Below are positions 28,201 to 37,999 of a stretch of 64,000 bases of DNA, piece after piece. Made by a program: the position numbers and the translations under genes. Location: positions 1 through 64,000 of the IMG/VR virus record IMGVR_UViG_3300029889_000001; one strand, written 5' to 3'. The notes beneath the pieces are model-generated. The model was not told where the DNA came from. It was given only the letters and a program-made list of their open reading frames with translations, and searched no databases. Position 1 is the first letter of the stretch; every line of letters starts with the position of its first letter. This DNA comes from an uncultured virus (IMG/VR IMGVR_UViG_3300029889_000001) (taxonomy: Duplodnaviria; Heunggongvirae; Uroviricota; Caudoviricetes).

Positions 28201-31200
28201 CACTCCCCCTTTTCCCCCGGTCCCGGCTGGCACTGCTTGCCATACTCCGGTTTGTCGTACCCATCCATCTTGTAGTCCACAATCACCTTTACCTGAGTTC
28301 CGATAGGAAGGTAACTAAGATTATATTTCTCACGAATCTCCATCGCCGCTGCATCAGCACCGTCAGTGCGAGGAATACCGTCTAGTTGCGTCCTAGCCTC
28401 ATCCCAAGCCATTTCAGTAAGATGATTGCCGATGATCGTGTGTAGATCGTGGAATACCTGTGGACTGACACGCCATGTTACTTCGTCTGGCATTCCTGCT
28501 CCCATTTACCAGTTTCCTTATCGCGCCGAAGGATGGAAATCAATTCATCAGGTTCCCCATCTTCTCCTATTCTCATCAAAGCCGCTACTGTCTCATCCGA
28601 TGCCTGTCCGTAGTCCGCTCCTATGCAATAGCGACCTGCTTTTGGAACAGTGAATATCATCGGCGTCTCTTGCAATACAAGGTTAGGTGGTTCTGGTTCC
28701 ATGCGCTTATACTCTACGGGGCGGCGCTGGTATGCAGATTCGTCGTTAGTTGCGGTGAAAGGCTTCGATGGATAGGCGGTAGTGGTCTGTCCTGTTCGCA
28801 TCTCTTCCCACGGCCCCCAAGGATCATTTGGATTTCTTCGTCTTGCTTCAATAATCCAGATAGATTTGCTCATTTCCCCTCCCTCGCCCTTCGTCTCCGC
28901 TCCTGAGCGCAACCCGGACAGCCAGTAATCGGATCGCATAAGCCGTCAGGAGTATTGTGAGCCATCATATAGCATCCCTCTTCTAATTCCTCGCCCGTCT
29001 CAGGATTGTATTCAGGCTCCTTCGGCGCTCCATAATCCTTGCTGTCCAAATCGCACCTTTCCCAACCCGCTTTGATGTCCATCCGCTGCCTATAATCAGT
29101 AGGCATAAATCGCGGACTCCCGAAAACATCCCATTCAAGAATAGTCCCTGTTTCTTTCGCAATCTTTTTCGCCACTTCCACACGATTCCCGATAGCGTCA
29201 ATATCGGGCGGATACATCGTCCATCCCGGATACTTTTTGACGTGAGCAATCATATCCTCTAGCGTTTTAGGATTCATTTCATACCCCTCTTTAATTCCGC
29301 CAGCGCCGCCTGTAAACGTCCAACCGTGCGAGCTACGACAGCGCAAAGTCCACATTCGTCGCCATGCTGACAAAATTCTCCTTGCGTCGAAATCTCTTCT
29401 TCAAGAAGCCGAATTTCTTCAATCCTCCCCCGCGTAAATTCCGCCGCTAATTTCCATACTACCTTCTCTTTCCCAAAATCCATTTGCCATCTCTTGAAAG
29501 GATTGTCGCACCACTTCGCATCTTTTTCGTTGAGGAATAAGGCGACATTAAATTGGTCAGTCCCATAGGAATCAAGGTCGCGTACCCACGACCTCACATG
29601 CTCCCAATTCTCCCGAACAAACTTCTCGTCAGCGCCCATCATTGGAACCTCTCTCGATAGGCTGCAAGCGCCTTATCAGCATCTTCCAAAGCCTTCGACA
29701 GAGACCACTCCTGCCCGATTCTGGCTTGCAGTGTCTCATTCCAAACGCCTCTCTCTTGGTCCAAGTCGTCACGGCGAAATTGCTCCACTCGCTGACGATC
29801 TTCCTGTTGACGATAGCGTTCGTTGTCAGCATTATCTTTTTCCTGTGCATCTTTTGAAACGAATATCACTCGCATCAGATTCCTCTCCTATCTTTCCCAC
29901 AGACGCGGCAGATGCCATCTTCGTTTAATCGCTCATGCTGGCACTCCCTACGCCCTCCTACGCGCCCACAGCCCTCGCATGGATGCGTAACGTGCTTCAG
30001 GCACCCCGGATGGCTACAAGGCACCCCATCGCGCAATAGCTGTCGGCGCTGTATATTGATTTCGTTCCCCGGAAAGTCTGGTGGAAAAATTATCCTATCC
30101 ATCATACGCACCCCACGGGAACCGGCAAATCAGCCAACGTTATCCTCTGACATTCCAAGGCAACTCTCATAGCCGTTTTAAGGCTGCAAGTTCCCGCTTT
30201 CTCGAAAATCGCAGCATCAGAAAGCAATGAACATATTTCATCGTCCTGCGCCTTGAATCTAAGGCCATCGTATTCAAAAATAGTTCCGCGCATTATTTTC
30301 TCCCGCCGCACCACCACTCACCCATCGTGCTGCAATCTATCGCCCCACATGCACGGCATTGGCGATCTCTATTTCCGGTGTCCACGAAGTCATGCTCGTT
30401 GAACTGCCCTGTACCGCCGCACCTATGGCAATGAACCTTTCCCATGCCACCTAATGCTAATGTCGAAATTCCCACCGAACGAGCCTTGAGCACAATCGTT
30501 ACTTGCCCAGTCCCATCGCAACTCTCGCACTTCACTGTGCTCATCCCTTGACTCCTAAAATCGTCTGACAATAATGAATATCAACTTTATCCAGTTGCCG
30601 GTAAATATCCATCACATCCATTTCCGGGTAGGCGAAGGTGTGAATTAACCTCACAATTTCAGGAATCGCCTCCGAAACGTGGCCTGTGATTGTATTGCGG
30701 TACGACCAATTTTCCGGCGACAAATAAAACAGCGTCTCCCCCGGCGTAATAACCCCGCCCGCACATCTCCACCCACCCAAAGGCGGCAGGACGTAAATCT
30801 TCCGCGCAGCCTCAGCCGCCAAAGCGCCGCCCAATAATCCGAAAAATCCGCGCCGTGAAATCATATATTCCTCTGTAGAACGAAAATCCCTTCATACCCA
30901 TCCATAGCTTTAATAGTTCCGCACTCGCCAAGCACTCTACGCACTATCTCTTGATCCACAAATACGCCAGCTACAGACGCTAAAGACTGGCTTCGCAGCT
31001 TTGTACTCACTATGTAATCTTCCAGTGGTTCCACCCAGTACAGCACATCGCCAACAGAACAATAATCCAGTTCGCCGCGCCAGATATTTGCGGTGATATA
31101 TTGATTAGCGACGCTCATTTCATCTCCCTTCAAAGTGAATTTAGCGACATGAAAAACATAACAAACCAGAAAATAACGAAAAGCACTCCAACTGCGCAAA

Positions 31201-31306
31201 GCACGATCACTCCTGCGGCTACTATTATTGCTTGCGCCAACTCCCCAAACACCCCACAAGCAGCCAAGATTATAGCCAAGACTGCTATTAACGCAAAGAA
31301 TTTCAT
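28200..31306 (-). other. Run of about 12 small coupled hypothetical ORFs (28200-28493, 28478-28873, 28870-29277, 29274-29642, 29639-29875, 29875-30111, 30102-30317, 30293-30544 CxxCxGxG finger, 30541-30864 RR-motif N-terminus, 30861-31118, 31130-31306 membrane peptide)
   Basis: Head-to-tail ORFs with RBS and ATGA overlaps; no functions recognised. Confidence 0.55.
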
Positions 31307-31308
31307 CT

Positions 31309-31932
31309 CTATACCCCTCTCCCACAACTAAAGCAGACCAATTCCTTCCCCTTCATCCGCTTCCCCGTAGACCCGCACACGCATCTCCACTCCGGCGCAG
31401 GATGCCCCGCCATCGGCCTAGAAACCGTCACCTTGCACCCCGTAGTTCCTACCGCGTCCGTCTCTATCGGATTCTCCAAAGGCCGCGCAGGAACCCGCTT
31501 GTTTAATTCCCATCCTTGCGCTTTACGCTCTTCCGTCAATTCCGGTGCGCGAACAAACTCTACCGCTTCACCGCCAGCATCCCGTATCTTCCCTCTTTCA
31601 AGGGCGGCTTTATCAGCTTTAATATCGCCTTTCCCGTTTCCTCTGCCTGCTCTCGGTGCTCCGTCCCTACCACCCAGCAATTCCCCGCCAACCTTGCCGC
31701 CGCCCGAATTCCCCGGTTCCACCCGTCCCGCCGAATTTCCAGCTTCAACGCCGCCATTTGCTCCTGATATACTTTCAATTCCCGGTTTGCCATTTATTTC
31801 CCCTCCCATTAAATTCCACTTCCGACTCCGACATTTACTCGACGCGCACTGAACCGGATTTATTCCCTCCGTCCTCAGCCACTCAAATCCGCAAACATCG
31901 CAATGCCACGATTTCCGTTCAACTACACTCAT
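31309..31932 (-). CDS. Zinc-ribbon protein, first gene of the leftward block (start MSVVERK)
   Basis: WHCDVCGFEW...P..C...CRSRKWN and a C-terminal CVCG...CFSC. Confidence 0.55.
   Translation of the reverse strand: MSVVERKSWHCDVCGFEWLRTEGINPVQCASSKCRSRKWNLMGGEINGKPGIESISGANGGVEAGNSAGRVEPGNSGGGKVGGELLGGRDGAPRAGRGNGKGDIKADKAALERGKIRDAGGEAVEFVRAPELTEERKAQGWELNKRVPARPLENPIETDAVGTTGCKVTVSRPMAGHPAPEWRCVCGSTGKRMKGKELVCFSCGRGV
31560..31793 (-). CDS. Hypothetical protein nested in another frame of the preceding ORF
   Basis: GGGAGGGG RBS; helical charged sequence. Confidence 0.45.
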   Translation of the reverse strand: MANRELKVYQEQMAALKLEIRRDGWNRGIRAAARLAGNCWVVGTEHREQAEETGKAILKLIKPPLKEGRYGMLAVKR

Positions 31933-31941
31933 AATGATGCA

Positions 31942-31971
31942 ACTATACTCACACCGCATTTCCGTTGTCAA
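31942..31971 (-). promoter_or_regulatory. Leftward sigma70-like promoter
   Basis: TTGACA, 18 nt, TATAGT; A/T-rich upstream tract. Confidence 0.65.
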
Positions 31972-33187
31972 TAGCAAAACCAAAATTATTTTCTTGCGCT
32001 CCCCTTTTTTCTTTTTCCAAATTTCCTATTTTTTTATTTCATTTTCCTGCGCCTACCGATTTTCCTTGTTTTAACCACAACCCTCCAAGCCGTAAGTCGT
32101 CTTCGAGCCGTGCGCTATCGTGGACAACTCCTAGCCTAGCAAGTGGACTGCCATACAGGTACAACTAGCCTATTATCCCGCGAATAATGCCATTACCGGC
32201 AGTGGTTACCTGCCTATAATCCCCATTGCGTAGATTAAGCAAGGCGCTAGATCGGCGCTATATCTCCATCCTGCCCATAATCCCCTATAAATGCCTGTAT
32301 TTGCCCATTATCCCCCGTTTACGGTCCCTGTAGGCCGTCTATCGGTCCCTGCGCGTCCATTGCCGCGTGTACGTCCGTTTATATGCGCCTTGATTCTTTG
32401 ATAGCGCTTAGACGAATGGCGAGCGAGCTAAAAGGCGTCACTCCATCGGGAATAATCGAACGGTGGAACTGCGTACAAACGTCAAGGCGAGCGGTAATGA
32501 TTATTTGCTTTGCCGGTCCCTTGACGCTGTGAGCGGTGAGCAAGGGGTGAGCGTACCCCGCAAAGCGCAGGGGTATCCCCTGCCGTGCTCCACCGTGTAC
32601 CGTGTACTAATCTGAGAGTCTGTATTATCCTTGCGCGTTATGGGTTTTCAGGGATACCCCCATAGGGTATAAACCGATACCCCCGCCCCCTATGGCATAG
32701 TTAAACCGTTTAGAATCAATACTCCTATTGCTTAAATGGTAACCTTTTAAGATTCCAAACAAATATCCTGTAAGTTACTGTATTTATTGCCTTTAGATAC
32801 CTGTTTTCAAGTGTCATTGTTACCATATAGTACATACCCCGCGCTGCGATTTGCTGCCGTTTTAAGGCGTTCGGCGTGAAAAGTGACACTCCCCTATCAT
32901 CCGGGCGTTAAACGTTCGCTCTAGGGCAAATGTGCAATTTTCGCCTTTTCAACTCCCCTATTGACTAATGAGTAATATTCGCTTTGATTCCTGTTGCCTA
33001 TATGGTAACGGTCCCCCGCGTATCGCGGGATAGTCCCCGCTGATACTCCGCTATATATAATGATGCGTCACTCTTGATTGTCTTTAATCCTTGCGCGATA
33101 TAGGCGAGTGTGGCAAGTGTACAGCGTGCATCTAAACGTATGATACTAAAGATGTAGATAAATAATCCTATTCCATTCATTTTATTC
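31972..33187. other. Non-coding divergent control region (candidate origin or genome-end/packaging region)
   Basis: No credible ORF; strand switch; short direct repeats and hairpins. Confidence 0.55.
32167..32315 (+). repeat. Four iteron-like repeats WGCCYATWATCCC
   Basis: Copies at 32167, 32211, 32272, 32302. Confidence 0.6.
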
Positions 33188-33217
33188 TTGACAATGGAAT
33201 AGTAACGGGTGTAAACG
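33188..33217 (+). promoter_or_regulatory. Rightward promoter candidate
   Basis: TTGACA at 33188 in AT-rich context upstream of the AAA gene; -10 degenerate. Confidence 0.4.
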
Positions 33218-33256
33218 TGTATATGTAAGATTGAATTCAATACGAAAGGGGATTAC

Positions 33257-34291
33257 ATGAGCGTTAACCCGTCACAATTGCAAGCCATTCTCACCGCAGC
33301 TATTCCTGCCCGTTTGCCTTTACTCATTACAGGGATGCCCGGTATCGGCAAGACTGATACCGTTGAATCCGTCACCGCGTCACTGTCCAATGACCTCATC
33401 TTGGAACACCCGGCAGTGGGTGACCCTACAGACTTTAAAGGTCTCCCATGGGGTAATCAAGGTGCAACGGAAGCAACTTTCCTGCCGTTCGGGAACTTTG
33501 CCCGTGCATTGAAAGCAACCAAACCCACTGTCTGGTTTTTCGATGACTTGGGGCAAGCTCCCCCGTCTGTGCAGGCCGCATGTATGCAACTATTCCTTGC
33601 CCGCCGGGTCAACGGCCATGTACTCCCGGACTGCGTTACTTTCCTTGCGGCCACTAATCGGCGCATTGACCGCGCGGGAGTATCGGGCATTCTAGAGCCG
33701 GTAAAATCCCGTTTCGTGTCCATTGTCGAATTGGAACCCGATATTGACTCGTGGTGCAACTGGGCATTCTCGCACGGTATCCCCGCTACCCTGATAGCTT
33801 TCCTACGTTTCAGGCCGGAATTGCTTTGCAAGTTTGAAGCGACGGCAGACCTTACAAACTCTCCAGTTCCCCGTACATGGGCGCATCTTGCTAAGATTGA
33901 GTCTCTTTCCTTGCCCGCTGTGATTGAATCCGCCGTGATGGCGGGGAGTGTAGGGGAAGGAGCAGCGCTTGAATACCTTGCTTTCCGGTCAATGGTGAAG
34001 AGTCTGGTAAACCTTGACGCCATTCTCATGAATCCCGATAAGGCTACAATTCCGAGCAAGCCCAGTGAATTGTACGCGGTCTCAGTTGGACTCGCTGCCC
34101 GCGCTAACGATCAGAATTTTGCCCGCATTGTGACCTATGCGAATAGGCTCTACACTGAAGCGGGCAAGGGCGAATTCGCCGTTCTCCTCATCCGTGACGC
34201 AATTCGCCGTGACGAAAAGATTCAATACACTGATTCCTTTGTTCGCTTGAATTCTGGTCCCTTGGGCCAGCTTATTTCAGGCCGTTCATAG
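33257..34291 (+). CDS. MoxR-like AAA+ ATPase
   Basis: GMPGIGKT Walker A, WFFDDLG Walker B, AATNR sensor 1, SRF Arg finger, PRTW sensor 2. Confidence 0.85.
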   Translation: MSVNPSQLQAILTAAIPARLPLLITGMPGIGKTDTVESVTASLSNDLILEHPAVGDPTDFKGLPWGNQGATEATFLPFGNFARALKATKPTVWFFDDLGQAPPSVQAACMQLFLARRVNGHVLPDCVTFLAATNRRIDRAGVSGILEPVKSRFVSIVELEPDIDSWCNWAFSHGIPATLIAFLRFRPELLCKFEATADLTNSPVPRTWAHLAKIESLSLPAVIESAVMAGSVGEGAALEYLAFRSMVKSLVNLDAILMNPDKATIPSKPSELYAVSVGLAARANDQNFARIVTYANRLYTEAGKGEFAVLLIRDAIRRDEKIQYTDSFVRLNSGPLGQLISGRS

Positions 34292-34344
34292 TCCTATCGC
34301 CGTTACCGGACCGTATGCCGGAATTCACTTGGGAGAGTGAGAAA

Positions 34345-35211
34345 ATGACCGCTTCAGATTTGCATACAAGGGCAATGCTAGTCTCTCTGAGAATCAGCGC
34401 ATGGAGTGCTCGCAAGTATGACCGCAAGGTTTCACAAGAGACCGCTGCGGCACACAATACCACTCTTGACGCTGGACGCTACAATAAACACCTATTGCCG
34501 GGTGATTGTCCAGCGTACAAGGCGTTAACGGGTCACATTGCGGATTTGAGAGTCAAGCATTACGCGCAAACTCTTGCATGGTCCGATGACGGATGGAGAT
34601 TACTCCCCGTCAAGAATTATCAGGCATATACCGATATGGTGCGCAAAATGTTCCATGATGCCGATTCTTTGCTCGCCGATTTTATCGCCGATTACCCGGC
34701 TTATCGTGAGCAAGCAAGGGAAGTCTTGAATGGCATGTTTCAAGAGACCGATTATCCCTCAGACATCGCTGGACGTTACTCTTGGGGAGTGGAATACAAT
34801 CCCGTTCCCGCAGGGACCGACTTTCGAGTGACTATTGCGGCGGAGGAGATTAACGCTATCGCGGCACGGACTGAACAGCGGGTCACGGAAGCATTCAAAG
34901 ACGCTCAGCAGGATGCCGTCAGACGTTTGGCCGATTGTCTCTCACGGATTCACGAACGTTTGGCGCAGCCAGAAGCTATCTTCCGTGATTCGCTAATAGG
35001 TAACGCACGGGAATTGTGCGATGTGTTGACCCGCTTGAATCTCACGGATGACTCGACACTTGAATCCTTGCGCAGGCAGACTGAGATACTTGCGGCAAGT
35101 GATCCTCAAACGTTGCGCGATAATCCCGATGTGCGCGTTAGCACGGCGAATGAGGCGCAGGCAATTCTTGACGCGATGACGGCCACTTATGGCAAGGGCA
35201 TTTTTGCCTAG
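34345..35211 (+). CDS. DUF3150-like helical protein
   Basis: L.IS.WSARK.D, TLAWSDDG.RLLP, FRDSLI.N motifs; lies between AAA and VWA genes. Confidence 0.6.
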   Translation: MTASDLHTRAMLVSLRISAWSARKYDRKVSQETAAAHNTTLDAGRYNKHLLPGDCPAYKALTGHIADLRVKHYAQTLAWSDDGWRLLPVKNYQAYTDMVRKMFHDADSLLADFIADYPAYREQAREVLNGMFQETDYPSDIAGRYSWGVEYNPVPAGTDFRVTIAAEEINAIAARTEQRVTEAFKDAQQDAVRRLADCLSRIHERLAQPEAIFRDSLIGNARELCDVLTRLNLTDDSTLESLRRQTEILAASDPQTLRDNPDVRVSTANEAQAILDAMTATYGKGIFA

Positions 35212-35293
35212 TAACCCTGCCCATGGGCTCATGGGCAAACGGGGAAGGGTATCAGGCACTAATCGTGCTGGCGAGATACCGGAAGGGGATTAC

Positions 35294-36445
35294 ATGAATG
35301 CACAGAGCAAAATGACCGCAGCGCGCACTAGCCTAGTACTAGAGCAGCCATTTTTTGGTACGCTCGCCTTATCGCTTAAAATGCAAGCGGATGACACTTG
35401 CGAGACCGCATGGGTCAATGGCCGTACACTGGGGTACAATCCTACATTCATTGAATCCTTGCCGCATGAGCAGATTACCGCTCTAGTTGCGCATGAGGTG
35501 ATGCATTGCGCAATGGGTCATCCGTTTAGACGTGATGGACGTGAGCCTAAACCGTGGAACGTTGCCTGCGATAAGGCTATCAATTCAGAACTGAGAGAAT
35601 CCGGCTTCACTTTGCCCGAAGGTGCTTTGTATCCTTCGGACTCTGAAAAGGGCAAGTCTGCGGAATGGCATTACTCGCACGCGCAACAGGATGATAACCC
35701 GGACCCGAACGGGCAGGGCAATGGGCAAGGGAATACAGCGGGTCAAGGTCCAAGTGTCCCGGACCCATTAGGGGAAGTTCGGGATGCCCCTACGGGTCCC
35801 GATAGTGACGGGGAACCCGCTCCAACTGAGCAGGAATGGAAACAAAGAGCAGCCAGCGCTTTACAGCAGGCAAAGATGCAAGGCACATTGCCCGCTGGCC
35901 TTGCGCGTCAAGTGTCGCAAGCATTACGGCCTAAGTTGGACGTTAGGTCTCTGTTACTCCGATTTTTCTCCGAGCGTAGCACGGGCGATTATTCATGGAC
36001 TCGCCCAAACTCGCGGTATCTTTCACAAGGTCTCTATCTTCCCGCGCTGGAATCTAAAGCCCTGGGCGAGATCGCAATCATGGTAGACACTTCGGGCAGT
36101 GTGGATGAGGTAAGTTTATCCTATGCGCGGTCTATCGTTGAATCGGTAATCGATGAGTGCAATCCCGCTGCGGTCACGGTCTATTACTTTGATTCCGAGA
36201 TTGCAAGTATTGACCGATTTGAGCGCGGGGATTCTTTGACGTGGAAACCTCAAGGCGGAGGTGGAACGTCTTTTATCCCCGCTCTTGAGGCGATAGAGTT
36301 AGACGGGCAAGCGGTCTGCGCGGTCTGTATCAGTGACCTTGACGGTACTTTCCCCGATATTCCCCCGTCTATTCCTGTTCTATGGCTTTCAACTGTTGAA
36401 GACGCAACTGCCCCGTTTGGTGAGGTGGTTTACGTTGACCGATGA
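35294..36445 (+). CDS. DUF2201-type metallopeptidase + VWA domain protein
   Basis: AHEVMH, WNVACD..IN, DTSGS MIDAS, GGGGTSF, ISDL. Confidence 0.85.
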   Translation: MNAQSKMTAARTSLVLEQPFFGTLALSLKMQADDTCETAWVNGRTLGYNPTFIESLPHEQITALVAHEVMHCAMGHPFRRDGREPKPWNVACDKAINSELRESGFTLPEGALYPSDSEKGKSAEWHYSHAQQDDNPDPNGQGNGQGNTAGQGPSVPDPLGEVRDAPTGPDSDGEPAPTEQEWKQRAASALQQAKMQGTLPAGLARQVSQALRPKLDVRSLLLRFFSERSTGDYSWTRPNSRYLSQGLYLPALESKALGEIAIMVDTSGSVDEVSLSYARSIVESVIDECNPAAVTVYYFDSEIASIDRFERGDSLTWKPQGGGGTSFIPALEAIELDGQAVCAVCISDLDGTFPDIPPSIPVLWLSTVEDATAPFGEVVYVDR

Positions 36446-36514
36446 CACTTCGGGGGATGGTTAGGTATCACATCCCCCTTAACAATCGTTCCTGGGGCAT
36501 CCTACGGGGCAGGA

Positions 36515-36763
36515 ATGAGCGATTTAACGCAAGCATACGCAAGCATGGAAGGCGGGAGTATGAAATACGGCCACACACTAACCTGCATCTGCCGCGATTG
36601 CACTACAGAAAGACTCAACCGCTGCGTGCGTATCATGCTTTCTTCGATTGACAATGCTGTCCATGCTACGCGCAGGGTATCGGATGAGGCAATCGGTGCA
36701 ACAGTTAAACCGCGTGTTCGATTAGCCGCACACTACGCACTAAAACTGTTATCGAAGTCTTGA
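36515..36763 (+). CDS. Hypothetical protein
   Basis: H...C.C..C motif; probable start at 36560. Confidence 0.45.
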   Translation: MSDLTQAYASMEGGSMKYGHTLTCICRDCTTERLNRCVRIMLSSIDNAVHATRRVSDEAIGATVKPRVRLAAHYALKLLSKS

Positions 36764-36765
36764 CG

Positions 36766-37052
36766 CGGCAATTGATAGGAACCCAAACCAAACACGGAGG
36801 AATAGCTTTATGGAATACGGAATTTTGGTAGTTGAGAGCGAGTCCGGCGAGTACCAGATTATCGGTCCCGTTGACTCTGTGGCCGAAGCGAAAGAGATCG
36901 CACAGAATTACACGGTACACGGTCCCGATTCTGACTGCTTAGCTCCTGATCGCTTTGTCATTGTCCGGCGCGGGGAATGGGGCTATTACACGCGCAGAGA
37001 ACTCTTGTACTAATCCTTGCGCTCACCGGCAATTGATAGGCAACCAAACACG
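36766..37052 (+). repeat. Direct repeat CGGCAATTGATAGG...AACCAAACACG flanking ORF 36810-37013
   Basis: Exact 14-mer at 36766 and 37027, each followed by AACCAAACACG. Confidence 0.75.
36810..37013 (+). CDS. Hypothetical protein
   Basis: GGAGG RBS. Confidence 0.55.
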   Translation: MEYGILVVESESGEYQIIGPVDSVAEAKEIAQNYTVHGPDSDCLAPDRFVIVRRGEWGYYTRRELLY

Positions 37053-37063
37053 TTTATGGGAGA

Positions 37064-37408
37064 TTGAAAATGGCGACAATGACACGCGGATTTGACGTTA
37101 TGGGAGATCGGTACAGATACGACTTCCGAAAATGCACGTCTAGGGATGGATGGGCGCAACTGGACACGCGGCAGGATGCGTCTTACTTTGGCAACTGGAT
37201 TAACCCGCTCACGCTCAAGCTAATGAGTTATTGCGAAGGCGATACAACCTTGACCGATTGCACAGACGAAGCCGATTTTATCGCCACTGTGCGCGAGTGC
37301 ATCCGCTGGCATAGTGAGGCCGGTTATTTCATCGGGATAGATGGGATGTGTGAACCGGAAATTATCGAAGCATTCACGCGCATGGGCCTGTCAGAATTCT
37401 TGCATTGA
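37064..37408 (+). CDS. Conserved-looking phage hypothetical protein
   Basis: DRY.YDF..C....GWAQ.DT.QDASYFG.W.NP...YCEGD. Confidence 0.65.
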   Translation: MKMATMTRGFDVMGDRYRYDFRKCTSRDGWAQLDTRQDASYFGNWINPLTLKLMSYCEGDTTLTDCTDEADFIATVRECIRWHSEAGYFIGIDGMCEPEIIEAFTRMGLSEFLH

Positions 37409-37442
37409 TAGCGGTATAACGAATTGAGAGGAGAAACGGAAA

Positions 37443-37853
37443 ATGATTCACGGCAAGCTGTACAAAACACGATTCACTGAAATAGGTTTCACGTTGAATT
37501 CGCCTGGAGACTGGCGATTCGTTGACCTGTCCGACGCGCAGGATGGAAACAAAGATAACATGCACTGTATCGGCGCGTCCTATCCGACACGGGAGCAACT
37601 ACTCCTAAACGTGGAACGGTACGCGGCGGAGTATGGCTGTGAAGGCGCAAGTAAGCCGAACGTGCAAACTCCACCGGACGCGCTGCTTCACCAGATCGCA
37701 CGGGATTACCTGGGAATCAAAACGCTTGACATGCGGAATTCAGACTCGCTCGACTTCTACAGTATCGCCGTGTGGAACCTGAAGACGGCGCTAGAGGCTG
37801 CATGGAAAGCTGGAGTGAGCACGGGATTCAAAGCGGGCAAGGAAAGCAACTAA
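37443..37853 (+). CDS. Protein with a C-terminal DUF6900-like domain
   Basis: IA..YLGI.TL..RNSDSLDF....VW.LK.ALEAA..AG. Confidence 0.65.
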   Translation: MIHGKLYKTRFTEIGFTLNSPGDWRFVDLSDAQDGNKDNMHCIGASYPTREQLLLNVERYAAEYGCEGASKPNVQTPPDALLHQIARDYLGIKTLDMRNSDSLDFYSIAVWNLKTALEAAWKAGVSTGFKAGKESN

Positions 37854-37903
37854 CCGGCTTTGATAGCGGTCCAACTCTTGTACTAATTGATAGGGGATCA
37901 AAA

Positions 37904-37961
37904 TAATCCTTGCGCGTTACATTTTCCACTTGACAAGCGTTTGATAGACGTGCAAGGATTA
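37904..37961 (+). promoter_or_regulatory. Promoter bracketed by a perfect 10-bp inverted repeat (operator candidate)
   Basis: TAATCCTTGC (37904-37913), TTGACA (37930), GCAAGGATTA (37952-37961). Confidence 0.6.
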
Positions 37962-37999
37962 GCAAGCATCAAGCAAGCAACACCGGGAGGATGTAAGCA

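Noticed and set aside
36766..37961. CRISPR array or classical integron attC array
   Set aside because: Repeats are 8-16 bp, irregularly spaced and separated by whole genes; no palindromic attC structure, cas genes or tyrosine integrase.
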